Positions 1 to 11,302 of a stretch of 64,000 bases of DNA are shown here, piece after piece (positions within the stretch are counted from its first letter, which is position 1; each line of letters begins with the position of its first letter). The notes under the pieces are model-generated. The model was not told the DNA's origin and did no database searches. It was given only the letters and a program-made list of their open reading frames with translations. The position numbers and the translations under genes were made by a program. The stretch comes from an uncultured Lentisphaerales bacterium (GTDB lineage: Bacteria; Verrucomicrobiota; Lentisphaeria; JABSQK01; UBA12247): NCBI GenBank assembly GCA_943788985.1, contig CALSSJ010000036.1, positions 32,001 through 96,000 of the forward strand, given 5' to 3'.

Positions 1-1029
1 GTGCGCGTGGGCATTGTCGGGCTGGGGCGAATCGGCTGGGATCATCACGCCCAGGCCGTGGCGCAACACAATGGGTTTGAGCTGGCAGCTGCCTGTGACC
101 TCATGCCGACACGCGTACGAGAAGTCGTCGACGCGACTGGCTGCAGCGGGTATGCAGACCTCGCAGAAATGCTGGCCGACGATGCTGTCGAATTGGTGAT
201 CGTCTGCACGCAGACAGTGGATCATGAGCGCATGGCGATTCAGGCGCTGAAGGCCGGCAAGCACGTGCTCTGCGAAAAGCCCGCTGTGCGGACTCCGCAA
301 GGCGTGGACCGCATGATCAGCGCCGCCAAGGCCAACGACAAGCTGGTAACCATCCACCACAACTACCGGCGCAACCCGGAGTTTCTGGTCGCCCGCGAGA
401 TCATCGCAAGCGGAGTCATCGGCAAAGTGTTTCGGATCAAGCGGCGCGTTGCGAACTTCGCACGCCGCAATGACTGGCAAGTGCTTTTGAAGTACGGCGG
501 CGGCATGCTCGGCAACTGGGGCGTGCACTTGGTCGACCAAGGCCTGCAGCTGGCCGGTTCCGAGCCCGGTCGGGTCTGGGGCGCAGTGGGGCACCACTTC
601 AATCCCGGCGATGCCGAGGATGACATCAAGGCCGTCTTCGAATGCAAGAACGGCGTGGTCGTCGACATCGACATGACCTGCGTCGACGCATCCCCCGGGC
701 CAAGCTGGGTCATTCAAGGCACACACGGTACCTTCTGGATCATGGGCAGCACGGCCACCGTCAAGTACTTCGAGCCCAAGGCGCTGCCCAAGATCCGTAC
801 GGTCGACAAGACACACGCCCTGAACCGCGCCTACGGCGTCCGGCCAGGACCAGAGAAGATTGACTGGATCGTCGATGAGTTTCCGGTGCGGCCCAAGGGC
901 AGCTACGACAGCTTTTACGACAATCTCTATGAGGCGATCCGCAAGGGGGCAGAGCTACAGGTCACCCCGGAAAGTGCACGCACCACCTACGACGTGCTCG
1001 CACGGATCCGCCGCGGTAGCGGCTTCTAA
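1..1029 (+). CDS. Gfo/Idh/MocA family oxidoreductase (start may lie just outside the window)
   Basis: Rossmann motif VGIVGLGRIG, GKHVLCEKP motif, GGG-x-L-x-N-WGVH C-terminal domain signature. Confidence 0.9.
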   Translation: MRVGIVGLGRIGWDHHAQAVAQHNGFELAAACDLMPTRVREVVDATGCSGYADLAEMLADDAVELVIVCTQTVDHERMAIQALKAGKHVLCEKPAVRTPQGVDRMISAAKANDKLVTIHHNYRRNPEFLVAREIIASGVIGKVFRIKRRVANFARRNDWQVLLKYGGGMLGNWGVHLVDQGLQLAGSEPGRVWGAVGHHFNPGDAEDDIKAVFECKNGVVVDIDMTCVDASPGPSWVIQGTHGTFWIMGSTATVKYFEPKALPKIRTVDKTHALNRAYGVRPGPEKIDWIVDEFPVRPKGSYDSFYDNLYEAIRKGAELQVTPESARTTYDVLARIRRGSGF

Positions 1030-1519
1030 CGGAGCATCGCAGCCTCTCTGCTCTGTGCCCACCATTGCTTTGACACTCCATGCTTGGTCTTCGTGCGGCC
1101 CTTGTGTTGCGAGCTCAATTATGTTACCAACTTATCCGGCGTAGGCAAAAAGTCCTACGATTGGCAACACAACGCCTATCGTATCGTGCGGTCGAGAATG
1201 CCGAGCCCCTCGGGTTTTCCTCACTGCAGAATAAACGCCTGAGCGCCTTCGCTGACTTGGTCAAAATGAAGCCTTTCTCGTGCCGTTCGTAGTGAGCCAG
1301 AGGAGTGGCGTTTCGGCTCGGTAGAATGCCGCTGCCTGCGGCCGTCTGCATTCCATGTTGCTGTCGTCCATGTTTCTGCCAGATTCGTTGAGCGTGCCCC
1401 CGGAGTGACCGACTGGACCGGAAGCGCAGTCTCGCGAACTCTGGTGCGCACTCAGGTTGACGGATCGGCTATTTGCTGGCACCTTTCGCAGGTCGCCCTC
1501 CCTCCCGCTGGATTCTCGC

Positions 1520-2236
1520 ATGCTCAAACGCTTTCTCCTTCCTCTGCTTCTCGGTCTCGCCCTTACTGGCTGCCAAACTCTTGATCCCGCGGTGCTCGGC
1601 GAACTCCTGCCAGCTCTCACCGGGCGAGGCGAGTTATCTGGTGCCACCATCGCAGCTGGCCTCGCCGATGCGCTGGAAGTAGGGACGCGCCAAGCTGTGG
1701 CGCAGACTTCCCGCGACGGCGGCTTCGGCCAGAACCCAGCGATTCGCATTCCCCTGCCGAGCAAGTTGCAGGGCATGGCTGATGGGCTTCGCAAAATCGG
1801 GTTCGGAGCCAGTGTCGATCGTTTCGAGAATCAGATGAATCTAGCGGCAGAGCAAGCAGCAGGGCAGGCAGCGCCACTCTTTATCGACGCCATCAAGCAG
1901 ATGAGCATTGCCGATGCCCAAGGCATCCTGAGCGGCGGCGAGCACGCCGCCACAGCCTATTTCCGCAAGGTCTGTGAACCGAAGTTGCAGGCGCGCTTTC
2001 GCCCGGTTGCGGCGCGGCACATGCAGGAACTCGGCGTCGTGACCCTGTATGGCGACCTGCTGAAGAAGTACAAGCGCATCCCCTTTGCTCCGCAGCCAAC
2101 CGTGTCAATCGAGGAGTACGTGGCAAATGCCGGCGTCGACGGCCTCTTCCATGTCCTGGCCCAAGAAGAAGCCAAGATTCGGCGCGACCCCGCTGCCCGC
2201 ACCACCGAGTTGCTCCGCCGCGTCTTCGGCCAGTAG
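1520..2236 (+). CDS. DUF4197 family lipoprotein
   Basis: ATG at 1520, signal peptide ending LTGC lipobox; IRIPLP, MNLAAEQAA, AATAYF, EEAKIRRDP..RTTELLRRVF are typical of DUF4197. Confidence 0.8.
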   Translation: MLKRFLLPLLLGLALTGCQTLDPAVLGELLPALTGRGELSGATIAAGLADALEVGTRQAVAQTSRDGGFGQNPAIRIPLPSKLQGMADGLRKIGFGASVDRFENQMNLAAEQAAGQAAPLFIDAIKQMSIADAQGILSGGEHAATAYFRKVCEPKLQARFRPVAARHMQELGVVTLYGDLLKKYKRIPFAPQPTVSIEEYVANAGVDGLFHVLAQEEAKIRRDPAARTTELLRRVFGQ

Positions 2237-2344
2237 GCAAGCTGCTCAGACGAAAGCCGCGCCTCAAGCGCGTAAGCCAACGACGCCAATCGCGAGTCAC
2301 AAAGCATCAAACAGCTCGCAAACGTGGGCCCCATACAGCCCCAT

Positions 2345-3645
2345 ATAATTCAGAAACCTTTCCTCCCCACTATTTTACTTTTTCTAGGCTATGGCTTCTG
2401 GGTCAGTCCGGACTTCAAGGAGATCGCTTCAGGGCTGGCGGTTTTCCTATTCGGCATGTACTTCCTGGAAGAGGGGGTTTCGCGGATTCACCGGTGGCAC
2501 GCTGGAAGCCATCCTGCGGCACAGCACCGACCGTACCTCGAGGAGTCTTTCGTTCGGCGTGGTCACCACCACCATCATGCAATCCAGCTCGCTGGTATCG
2601 GTCATCACGATTTCCTTTCTGAGTGCAGGGCTCATCGACTTGGCCGGGGGCTTAGGAATTATTTTTGGTGCGAACCTCGGCACGACAACCGGTGCCTGGC
2701 TGGTGGCGGGCTTGGACCTGAAAGTAAAACTCTCTGCCTATGCGATGCCCGTGCTGGTCTTTGGCTGTGTGTTGTATTTCCAAAAGAAAAACACGCTCCG
2801 GAGTCTTGGGTTTATCCTGGCAGGCTTGGGCTTCCTTCTTCTGTGCATTCATTTCATGAAGGAAGGCTTCGAGGCGTTTAAGGACAATATCGATCTCGTC
2901 AAGTATGCGATGCCGGGGTACAAGGGCCTGTTTATCTTTGCGGGAATTGGCGCGGTGGCCACGGTCATCATGCAGTCAAGCCACGCTGCGCTGGTGATCA
3001 TCATTACTGCATTGGCCGCGAAGCAGATCACCTATGAAAATTCGCTCGCCTTGGCCATTGGTGCGAACGTAGGCACAACTATTACCGCGATCGTCGGGGC
3101 GATGAGTGCCAGTATTGATGGGAAACGATTGGCCGGTGGCCACCTGGTGTTCAATATGACCACTGGAGCAATCGCCATCGCGACCATGCCATACCTGGCC
3201 AAGGCGGTCGATCGCATCAGCGCCGCCTGCGGCATTGCGGCAGACGACTACACCCTGAAGCTGGCGGTGTTTCATACGCTCTTTAATTCCAACGGCGTGA
3301 TTGTCATCGTGCCGCTAATCGGGGTTCTCGTACGAACGCTTTGCCGGGTGATCCAGGAGAAAGAAAAGCCTTCCACCGCACCGCGCTATCTAAACGACTC
3401 GGTCATTGAATTTCCGGGTACGCTGTTGAGCGCCGTGCAGAAAGAGCTCTTTCATCCGTACGACAATGCGTCTGAGGTCTTAGCCCATGGCATCAGCTTA
3501 AGCCGGACGGACCTGCTATCGGAAAAGAATTGGACCAGATCGTCAGGGAAAGTCGTCAGGTCATGCACATTGATATTGACGAACACTATTCACTGAACGT
3601 GAAGAGCCTGTACGCAGCGATTGTTGAATTTAACTCCCATGCCCA
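2345..3645 (+). pseudogene. Na/Pi cotransporter family protein, frameshifted and 3'-truncated
   Basis: Two QSSS/QSSH and GANLGTT/GANVGTT repeats; extra G in run 2473-2477, second shift near 3525, no clear ATG, homology stops about 3645. Confidence 0.75.
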
Positions 3646-3787
3646 GTGGTCCCGAACACGAAAGCACCATCCTAGGCGACATCTTGTTCAATTCCCCTCG
3701 ACAGATATCGGCTTGGTCCTCATAGTAGGGATCGATCGGCCGCATCGTCGATCCCGCGGTCTAATCCACACAATTTCCGAGCGCAAC

Positions 3788-4901
3788 ATGCCAAAACGAA
3801 AAGCGGCCCCAAAGCCTACTAAATCCTTCGAGGAAACCCTCTGGGACACCGCCAACAAGCTCCGTGGCTCCGTCGAGTCCTCGGAATACAAGCACGTCGT
3901 CCTCTCGCTGATCTTCCTCAAGTTCGTCTCCGACAAGTTCGAGGAGCGCCGGGCCGAGCTGATGGCCGAGGGCAAGGAGGACTACCTCGACATGGTCGAG
4001 TTCTACACCATGCAGAATGTCTTCTACCTGCCGGAGACCTCCCGCTGGTCCTACATCCAGCAGCATGCCAAGCAGGGCGACATCGCCATCAAGATCGACT
4101 CCGCCCTCACCGACGTCGAGAAGAGCAATGCCTCGCTCAAGGGCGCCTTGCCCGACAACTACTTCTCCCGCCTCGGGCTCGATGGCAGCAAGCTCTCCGC
4201 CCTCATCGATGCCATCAACAACATCGACACCGTCGAGGACAAGGAAGAGGACACCGTCGGCCGGGTCTATGAATACTTCCTCGGCAAATTCGCCGCCTCC
4301 GAGGGCAAGCTCGGGGGCGAGTTCTACACCCCGAAGTGCGTCGTCAATCTCATCGCCGAAATGATCGAGCCCTACAAAGGCAAGATCTACGACCCCTGCT
4401 GCGGCTCCGGCGGCATGTTCGTCCAGTCGCATCAAGTTTGTCGAAAGCCACCACGGCAGCAAGAAGGACATCTCCGTCTACGGGCAGGAGTTCACCGCCA
4501 CCACCTACAAGCTGGCCAAGATGAACCTCGCCGTGCGCGGGCTCTCCGCCAACCTCGGCGAAGTCCCCGCCGATACCTTCTTCAAGGATCAACACCCCGA
4601 CCTCAAGGCCGACTACATCATGGCCAATCCCCCCTTCAACCTGAAGGACTGGCGCGGCCCCGACGAACTCGTCCACGACGGACGCTGGAACGGCTACGAC
4701 ACCCCGCCCACCGGCAATGCCAACTACGCCTGGATTCTCCACATGGTGAGCAAACTCTCCGAAAACGGCGTCGCCGGCTTCGTCCTCGCCAACGGCTCCA
4801 TGTCCACCAACACCAAGGGCGAAGGCGAGATCCGCCAAAAGCTCGTCGAGAACGACCTCGTCGACTGCAACGAAAACCAAGCCTACCCACTCGCCGCATG
4901 A
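3788..4901 (+). pseudogene. hsdM: Type I R-M methyltransferase subunit (system A), frameshifted at about 4429 and truncated after about 4868
   Basis: [27 protein letters not shown] (motif I), ANPPFN (motif IV); ends abruptly after VENDLVDC. Confidence 0.85.
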
Positions 4902-5022
4902 AGAAAAAACACTGCAAGCGCGACATTCGACAAAGCTCAGCCGAAGACGCTTAGATCAACGAACGTATTGCTCCGGCACCCACACTTCCCCAAATTCACA
5001 CTAATTTCTGAATCACCCAAAA

Positions 5023-6597
5023 ATGACCAGCACCCAACAATTTGACGAACTTAAACGCCGCATCTGGCAGATTGCCAATGACGTTCGCGGAACCGTGGAC
5101 GGATGGGACTTCAAGCAATACGTGCTTGGCGCGCTCTTCTACCGCTTCATCAGCGAGAATTTCGCCAGCTACATCGAAGGCGGCGACGACAGCATCGACT
5201 ACGCCAAGCTGGATGACTCCGTGATCACGGATGAGATCAAGGACGATGCCATCAAGACCAAGGGCTACTTCATCTACCCCAGCCAGCTCTTTGCCAACGT
5301 CGTCGCCAAGGCGAATGACAACGAAGACCTCAATACCGATCTGAAGGCGATCTTCACCGCGATTGAAAGCTCGGCCATGGGTTACGACTCAGAGGAGGAC
5401 ATCAAAGGCCTCTTCGATGACTTCGACACCACGAGCAATCGCTTGGGCAAAACCGTCAAGGACAAGAACACTCGACTCGCTGCCGTGCTGAAGGGAGTGA
5501 ATGAACTTGATTTCGGAGACTTTGAGGACAACGAGATCGACCTCTTCGGCGATGCCTACGAATACCTGATCGGCAACTACGCGGCCAATGCCGGAAAGTC
5601 GGGCGGCGAGTTCTTCACTCCCCAGCATGTCTCCAAGCTGATCGCCCAGCTCGCGATCCATGGGCAGACGAGCGTGAATAAGATCTACGACCCCCGCCGC
5701 AGGTTCTGGCTCACTTCTGCTGCAGGCGAAGAAGCAGGCGAAAAAGCTCACTGGAAATGACTACTTCATTGAGGACGGCTTCTTTGGTCAGGAGATCAAC
5801 CACACGACCTTCAACTTGGCTCGCATGAACATGTTCCTGCACAATGTGAACTACGATAAGTTCAACATGCAGCTGGGCAACACCCTGACCGAACCCCACT
5901 TTCGTGAGGACAAGCCCTTCGACGCCATCGTCTCCAATCCTCCCTACTCGGTGAAGTGGGTGGGCAGCGATGACCCGACCCTCATCAACGACGACCGCTT
6001 CGCCCCCGCAAGTGTGCTGGCTCCGAAGTCGAAGGCGGACTTCGCCTTTGTCCTGCATGCGCTGAACTACCTCTCCAGCAAGGGACGCGCCGCCATCGTC
6101 TGCTTCCCCCGGCATCTTCTACCGTGGCGGAGCCGAGCAGAAAATCCGCCAATACCTCGTGGAGAACAACTACGTGGAAACTGTCATCTCCCTCGCGCCC
6201 AATCTCTTCTACGGCACCACCATTGCCGTGACCATCCTCGTGCTCTCGAAGAGCAAGACGGACACGAAAAGTGCAGTTCATCGATGCCTCTGGTGAGGAT
6301 TTCTTCAAAAAAGGCACCAACAACAACCTGCTCACCGATGCCCACGTCGCCGAGATCATGCAGCTCTTCGACCGCAAGGAAGACGTCGATCACGTCGCCA
6401 AGTCGGTGCGCATGGAGAAGGTGGCGGAGAACGACTACAACCTCTCCGTCAGCTCCTACGTCGAGGCCAAGGACACCCGCGAGGTCGTCAACATCACCGA
6501 GCTGAATGCAGAAATCGAAACCACGGTGAGCAAGATCGACGGGCTCCGTAAGGACATCGACGCCATTGTGGCAGAAATCGAAGGGAGCGAGGCATGA
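5023..6597 (+). CDS. hsdM: Type I R-M methyltransferase subunit (system B), full length but with about 3 frameshifts (C runs at about 5691 and 6106, A run at about 6267)
   Basis: [49 protein letters not shown]. Confidence 0.85.
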
Positions 6598-6996
6598 GCG
6601 GGAGGACCTTTCTGGAGAAGCTGCTCGATGGAGCGGAGGTGGAATGGGTGCCGTTTGTCGCAAGGCGAGAACAAGTTAACAGAGCTGAAACGTGGTAGAG
6701 TAATGTCCAAAGGATACTTGGTCGAGAATTCAGGCGACTATCCAGTATATAGCTCACAAACAGCAAAGAACGGGCAGATTGGCAAAATCAACACCTTCGA
6801 TTTTGACGGTGAATCAATTACTTGGACGACTGATGGTGCGAACGCTGGGACTGTTTTTCATCGAACAGGCAAATTTTCAATCACCAACGTGTGTGGGATT
6901 ATTAGAATCTGTGACACGGGTAGGTTGAACTACCGCTACTTATATCACTATCTGTCGTTCAATACCCAAAAGTGGCCAATGTCGGTGCATAGCTAA
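6594..6996 (+). pseudogene. hsdS: Type I R-M specificity subunit, N-terminal part only (first target recognition domain)
   Basis: ATGA overlap with hsdM stop; [18 protein letters not shown], then shifted frame with YPVYSSQT..ITWTTDGANAGTV..TNVCG. Confidence 0.75.
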
Positions 6997-6999
6997 TAC

Positions 7000-9663
7000 G
7001 TGGTTCTGAGGATGGCCGTTTGTGGAATATCTGATACCACGAACACGGAAAACCCGCAAGATCAGAACTAATCAGACTTCGTCTTGATGAGGCCATAAAC
7101 ATTACTGCTGATAAAAAACTGCTGCAACAAATGCAGGTATCAACAGTTTGAGCACGGAGCCAGCCAACCGCTAGATGTACCATTCTGTGAAGGTGCCCTG
7201 GTGCAGTGAGCTGAAAACGGGGTCGCATCGGAAGCCTTTAACCAGTCACGTACAGCAAGAAGTTTAACGGAGATCGCTCTAAATATTCAGTTTGTATCTC
7301 AAGGCACGATAGCCGTATTTGCAAACAGCGAACAAAACAGCTTCGACTTCAATGAACTGGGCGAAGGCGAAACGCTGATAGACTAAGACTTACGCACTTT
7401 TTCCAAAAATACCTCTGAAGTCTCTGATATTCGTTTTGATGTGAGACACTTCTGTGATGCGCCCCTACCAGATGCGCCACCGAGCGATCTTGGAAGTAAG
7501 CCATAGGCAAAATGGAGCAACGAAAGGGGGTTATCTGGCAACCACGGTCGGAAACTACCAGCTTTAAAGCCGCCGGCACGACTGGAGTTTGTCGAAAGGT
7601 TTTTTGTGTGGATGAAAAGACCTCGATACCAACGATGAAGAATACCAACGCTTTCCCCGATAGCGTGAATGGTCGACAGACGCGGTAAGCGAATGAAAGA
7701 CGATAAAAATCATCGTCACCACATCAGAAGCTAACAACCTGATGGAGCGATCTCCCATCTACAAAGCAGTGGTTTATTTGATGAATGCCACCGCAGCCAA
7801 TTCGGTGAGGCGCAGAAAAACCTGCAAAAGAAGTTCAAGCGGTATTACCAATTTGGATTCACGGGCACGCCGATCTTCCCTGAGAATGCTTTAGGCGCTG
7901 AAACAACAGGCAGCGTCTTCGGGCGGGAGCTGCATTCCTACGTCATCACCGATGCGATCCGGGACGAGAAGGTGCTGAAGTTCAAGGTGGACTACAATGA
8001 TGTGCGTCCTCAGTTCCAAGCCATCGAGACCGAGCAGGACGAAAAGAAGCTCACCGCCGCAGAGAACAAACAGGCCTTGCTCCACCCTGAGCGGATTCGT
8101 GAAATAACGAGCTACATTCTCAAGAATTTCCCCTTGAAAACGCATCGTGCCCACATGGGCGCGAAGGGCTTCAACGCCATGTTTGCGGTCAGCAGTGTCG
8201 ATGCTGCCAAGGCGTATTACGAAGCCTTCCGCGAGCTGCAAGCTGGTGTGGAGGACAAGAAACGCCTCAACGTGGCGACCATTTTCTCCTTTGCCGCCAA
8301 TGAAGAGCAGGACGCTGTCGGCGATATTGCCGACGAGAGCTTCGAGGTGTCGGCGATGAATAGCAGCGCGAAGGAATTTCTCAGCGCCGCCATTGGCGAC
8401 TACAATGCGGCCTTCGGATCGAATTACGGAGTCGATAGCAAGGGCTTCCAAAACTACTACCGCGATTTGGCTCAACGGGTAAAGAAGCAGGAAGTGGACT
8501 TGCTGATTGTGGTGGGAATGTTCCTGACGGGCTTCGATGCTCCGAGTCTCAACACGCTCTTTGTCGATAAGAACCTGCGTTACCACGGACTGTTGCAGGC
8601 GTATTCACGCACCAATCGAATTTACGATGCGACCAAGACCTTCGGCAACATCGTGACCTTCCGGGATCTTGAGAAAAGCACCATCGATGCAATCACGCTC
8701 TTCGGCAATGCCAACACCAAGAACGTTGTTCTGGAGAAGAGCTACAAGGAATACATGGAAGGCTTTACCGACATCGCCACTGGACGAGCCTGTCGCGGTT
8801 ATGTGGAAGTCGTCAAAGAGCTGCACGAACGATTCTCTGACCCAAGTGCGATCGAGAAAGAGCAGGACAAAAAGGATTTTGCAAAGCTGTTCGGAGAATA
8901 CCTGCGGGTAGAGAATGTGCTGAGGAATTACGATGAATTCACCGGACTTCAAGCGCTCCAAGAAGTGGATCTGGACGATGCGGAAGCGGTCGAAGAATTT
9001 AAAACGAAGCATTATCTGAACGACGATGATATTGAGGCGATGCAGAAGATCGAAGTGCCAGCTGATCGACTGGTGCAAGACTATCGTTCGACCTACAATG
9101 ACACCCGCGATTGGTTGAGGCGTCAGAAAGAAGGCGGTGAGAAGGAAGAGTCCACCGTGGATTGGGACGATGTCGTGTTTGAGGTGGATTTGCTGAAATC
9201 TCAAGAGATCAACTTGGATTACATTCTGGAGCTAATTTTTGAGCACAACAAGAAGACCAAGAACAAGGGTGATCTCATTGACGAAGTGAGACGAGTGATC
9301 CGAGCGAGCATCGGCAACCGTGCCAAAGAAAGCCTGATTGTTGATTTCATCAATCAAACCAATCTGGACGACATCGGGGACAAGGCCAACGTCATCGATG
9401 CCTTCTTCACTTTCGCGCAAGCGGAACAAAAGCGCGAAGCCGAGGAGCTGATCCAGACCGAGGCGTTGAACCAGGAGGAGGCACGACGCTACATCAAGGC
9501 GTCCTTAAAACGCGAATACGCAACTGAGAATGGCACGGCCCTCAATGCTACACTGCCGAAAATGAGCCCGCTTAACCCCCAATACAAAACGAAGAAGCAG
9601 ACAGTCTTCCAGAAGATCTCCGCCTTCGTTGAGAAATTCAAGGGGGTTGGGGGGCAGATCTAA
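7000..9663 (+). CDS. hsdR: Type I R-M restriction subunit (system B); clean from about 7780, 5' part riddled with small deletions
   Basis: [38 protein letters not shown]; remnants of MRPYQ and GKT motifs at 7450-7560. Confidence 0.85.
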
Positions 9664-9697
9664 CAGGGTTGTGTCCTTTTAACGCCTGCCTGCCATC

Positions 9698-11061
9698 ATG
9701 AAGGCCCTCGTTTTTTCTCCCTCCACCGCTCCTCGCAAGGACGACGAGAAGGCGCTCTACGACCTGCTCGGCAACAAGGACGAGCGCAAGAAGTTCGACA
9801 CCCAGTTCAAGAAGGCCGAATCCAATTTCAAAATCGCCATCGTGGTGGACATGTGGCTGACGGGCTTTGACGTGCCCTTCCTCGACACCATCTACATCGA
9901 CAAGCCGGTCCAGCGTCACAACCTGATCCAGACCATCTCCCGGGTGAACCGGAAGTTTGAGAACAAGAAGAAGGGCCTCGTCGTCGACTACATCGGCATC
10001 AAGAAGCAGATGAACCTCGCGCTGGCGCACTACTCCAAGGCGGACAGCAGCAACATCGAAGAGATCGAGGCCTCCATCGTCGTGGTGCGGGATCACCTCG
10101 ACCTGCTGGGGCGGATTTTCCACCAGTTCGACACCACGCCCTACTTCAGCGGATCGCCCGTCGAGCAGCTGCACTGCCTGAACCTGGCCGCGGAGTTCGT
10201 GCAGCTCACCGAGAAGATCGAGAAGCGGGTCATGTTCCTCGTGAAGCGCCTCAAAGCCGCCTACGACATCTGCAGCGGCAGCGATGCCTTCACCCAGACG
10301 AGCGCGACCACATCCACTTCTACCTCGCCGTGCGCTCCATCGTCGCCAAGCTCACCAAAGGCGAAGCCCCCGACAGCGCCCAGATGAACGCCAAGGTGCG
10401 CGAGATGATCCTCGAGGCCCTGCAGAGCGACGGGATCGAAGAGATCTTCAAACTCGGCGAAGACGGCGCCGCCGAGATCGACATCTTCGGCGACGACTAC
10501 CTCGCCAAGACTCGAGAAGGTCAAACTCCCCAACACCAAGATCAAGCTGCTCCAGCAGCTCCTCAAACGCGCCATCGAGGACTTCCAAGAAGGTCAACAA
10601 GATCAAGGCCGTCGACTTCACCAAGCAGTTCCAGGAGCTGGTGAACAAATACAACGAGCGTGAAGAGAAGGACGTGCTGCGCAGTGAAGTGCTGGAGGGA
10701 TTCTCCGAAGAGATGATCGACCTCATCCACGCGCTGCAAAAAGAGAAAGAATCCTTCGACGAGATGGGCATCGATTTGGAAGAGAAAGTCCTTCTACGAC
10801 ATCCTCAAGACCCTCGCCCACAAATACGACTTCACCTACCCCGAGGACAAGCTGATCAAGCTCGCCAAGGCGGTGAAAACCGTGGTCGACGACAAGGCCA
10901 AATACACCGATTGGAGCGCCCGCGCCGACATCAAGGCCGAGCTCAAAGTGGACCTCATCATCCTCTTAGCCGCGAACGGGTATCCGCCTGTGGATCGGGA
11001 CGAAGTGTATAAGGAGATCTTCGAACAGGCGGAGAACTTTAAGAAGTATCAGGGGGCCTGA
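9698..11061 (+). pseudogene. hsdR: Type I R-M restriction subunit C-terminal half (system A), several frameshifts
   Basis: IAIVVDMWLTGFDVP, IQTISRVNR, GLVVDYIG, C-terminal ELKVDLIILL..GYPP..IFEQAENFK. Confidence 0.8.
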
Positions 11062-11068
11062 GTCGCGC

Positions 11069-11167
11069 AACGGCATCCCGGTTCTGCTGATTGGGTGCAA
11101 GAAAGCCAACAAGGACGAGGCGAGTGTGCTGGGGGAGAAGATTGGCCGTTATCACCGCGAGACGCCA
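11069..11167 (+). pseudogene. 33-codon relic of a third HsdR nuclease domain
   Basis: My translation NGIPVLLIGCKKANKDEASVLGEKIGRYHRETP resembles the HsdR NGIP..IECK..Q..RY motif. Confidence 0.55.
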
Positions 11168-11302
11168 TCCGCTTCCAGGCCTTCTCGACAAGCGGTTCGG
11201 TGGTCCAGTACTCACGGTCGAACTGGCAGTTTCGCCGCGACCCTTCACGATATGATCAAATAGCACCATACTCAATTTCTCTTGCTTACTTGGAAGGCTC
11301 CC

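Noticed and set aside
1477..1490. TGGCAC...CGCA as a sigma-54 promoter
   Set aside because: GG-to-GC spacing is 8 nt rather than the required 10
4927..4942. TTCGACAAAGCTCAGC resembling a REP-like motif at the R-M junction
   Set aside because: Single short imperfect copy with no partner arm seen in the window
3530..4954. 474-aa ORF appearing to fuse a transporter tail to HsdM
   Set aside because: Chance read-through between the truncated Na/Pi gene and the hsdM ATG at 3788; the tail is out of frame after 4429
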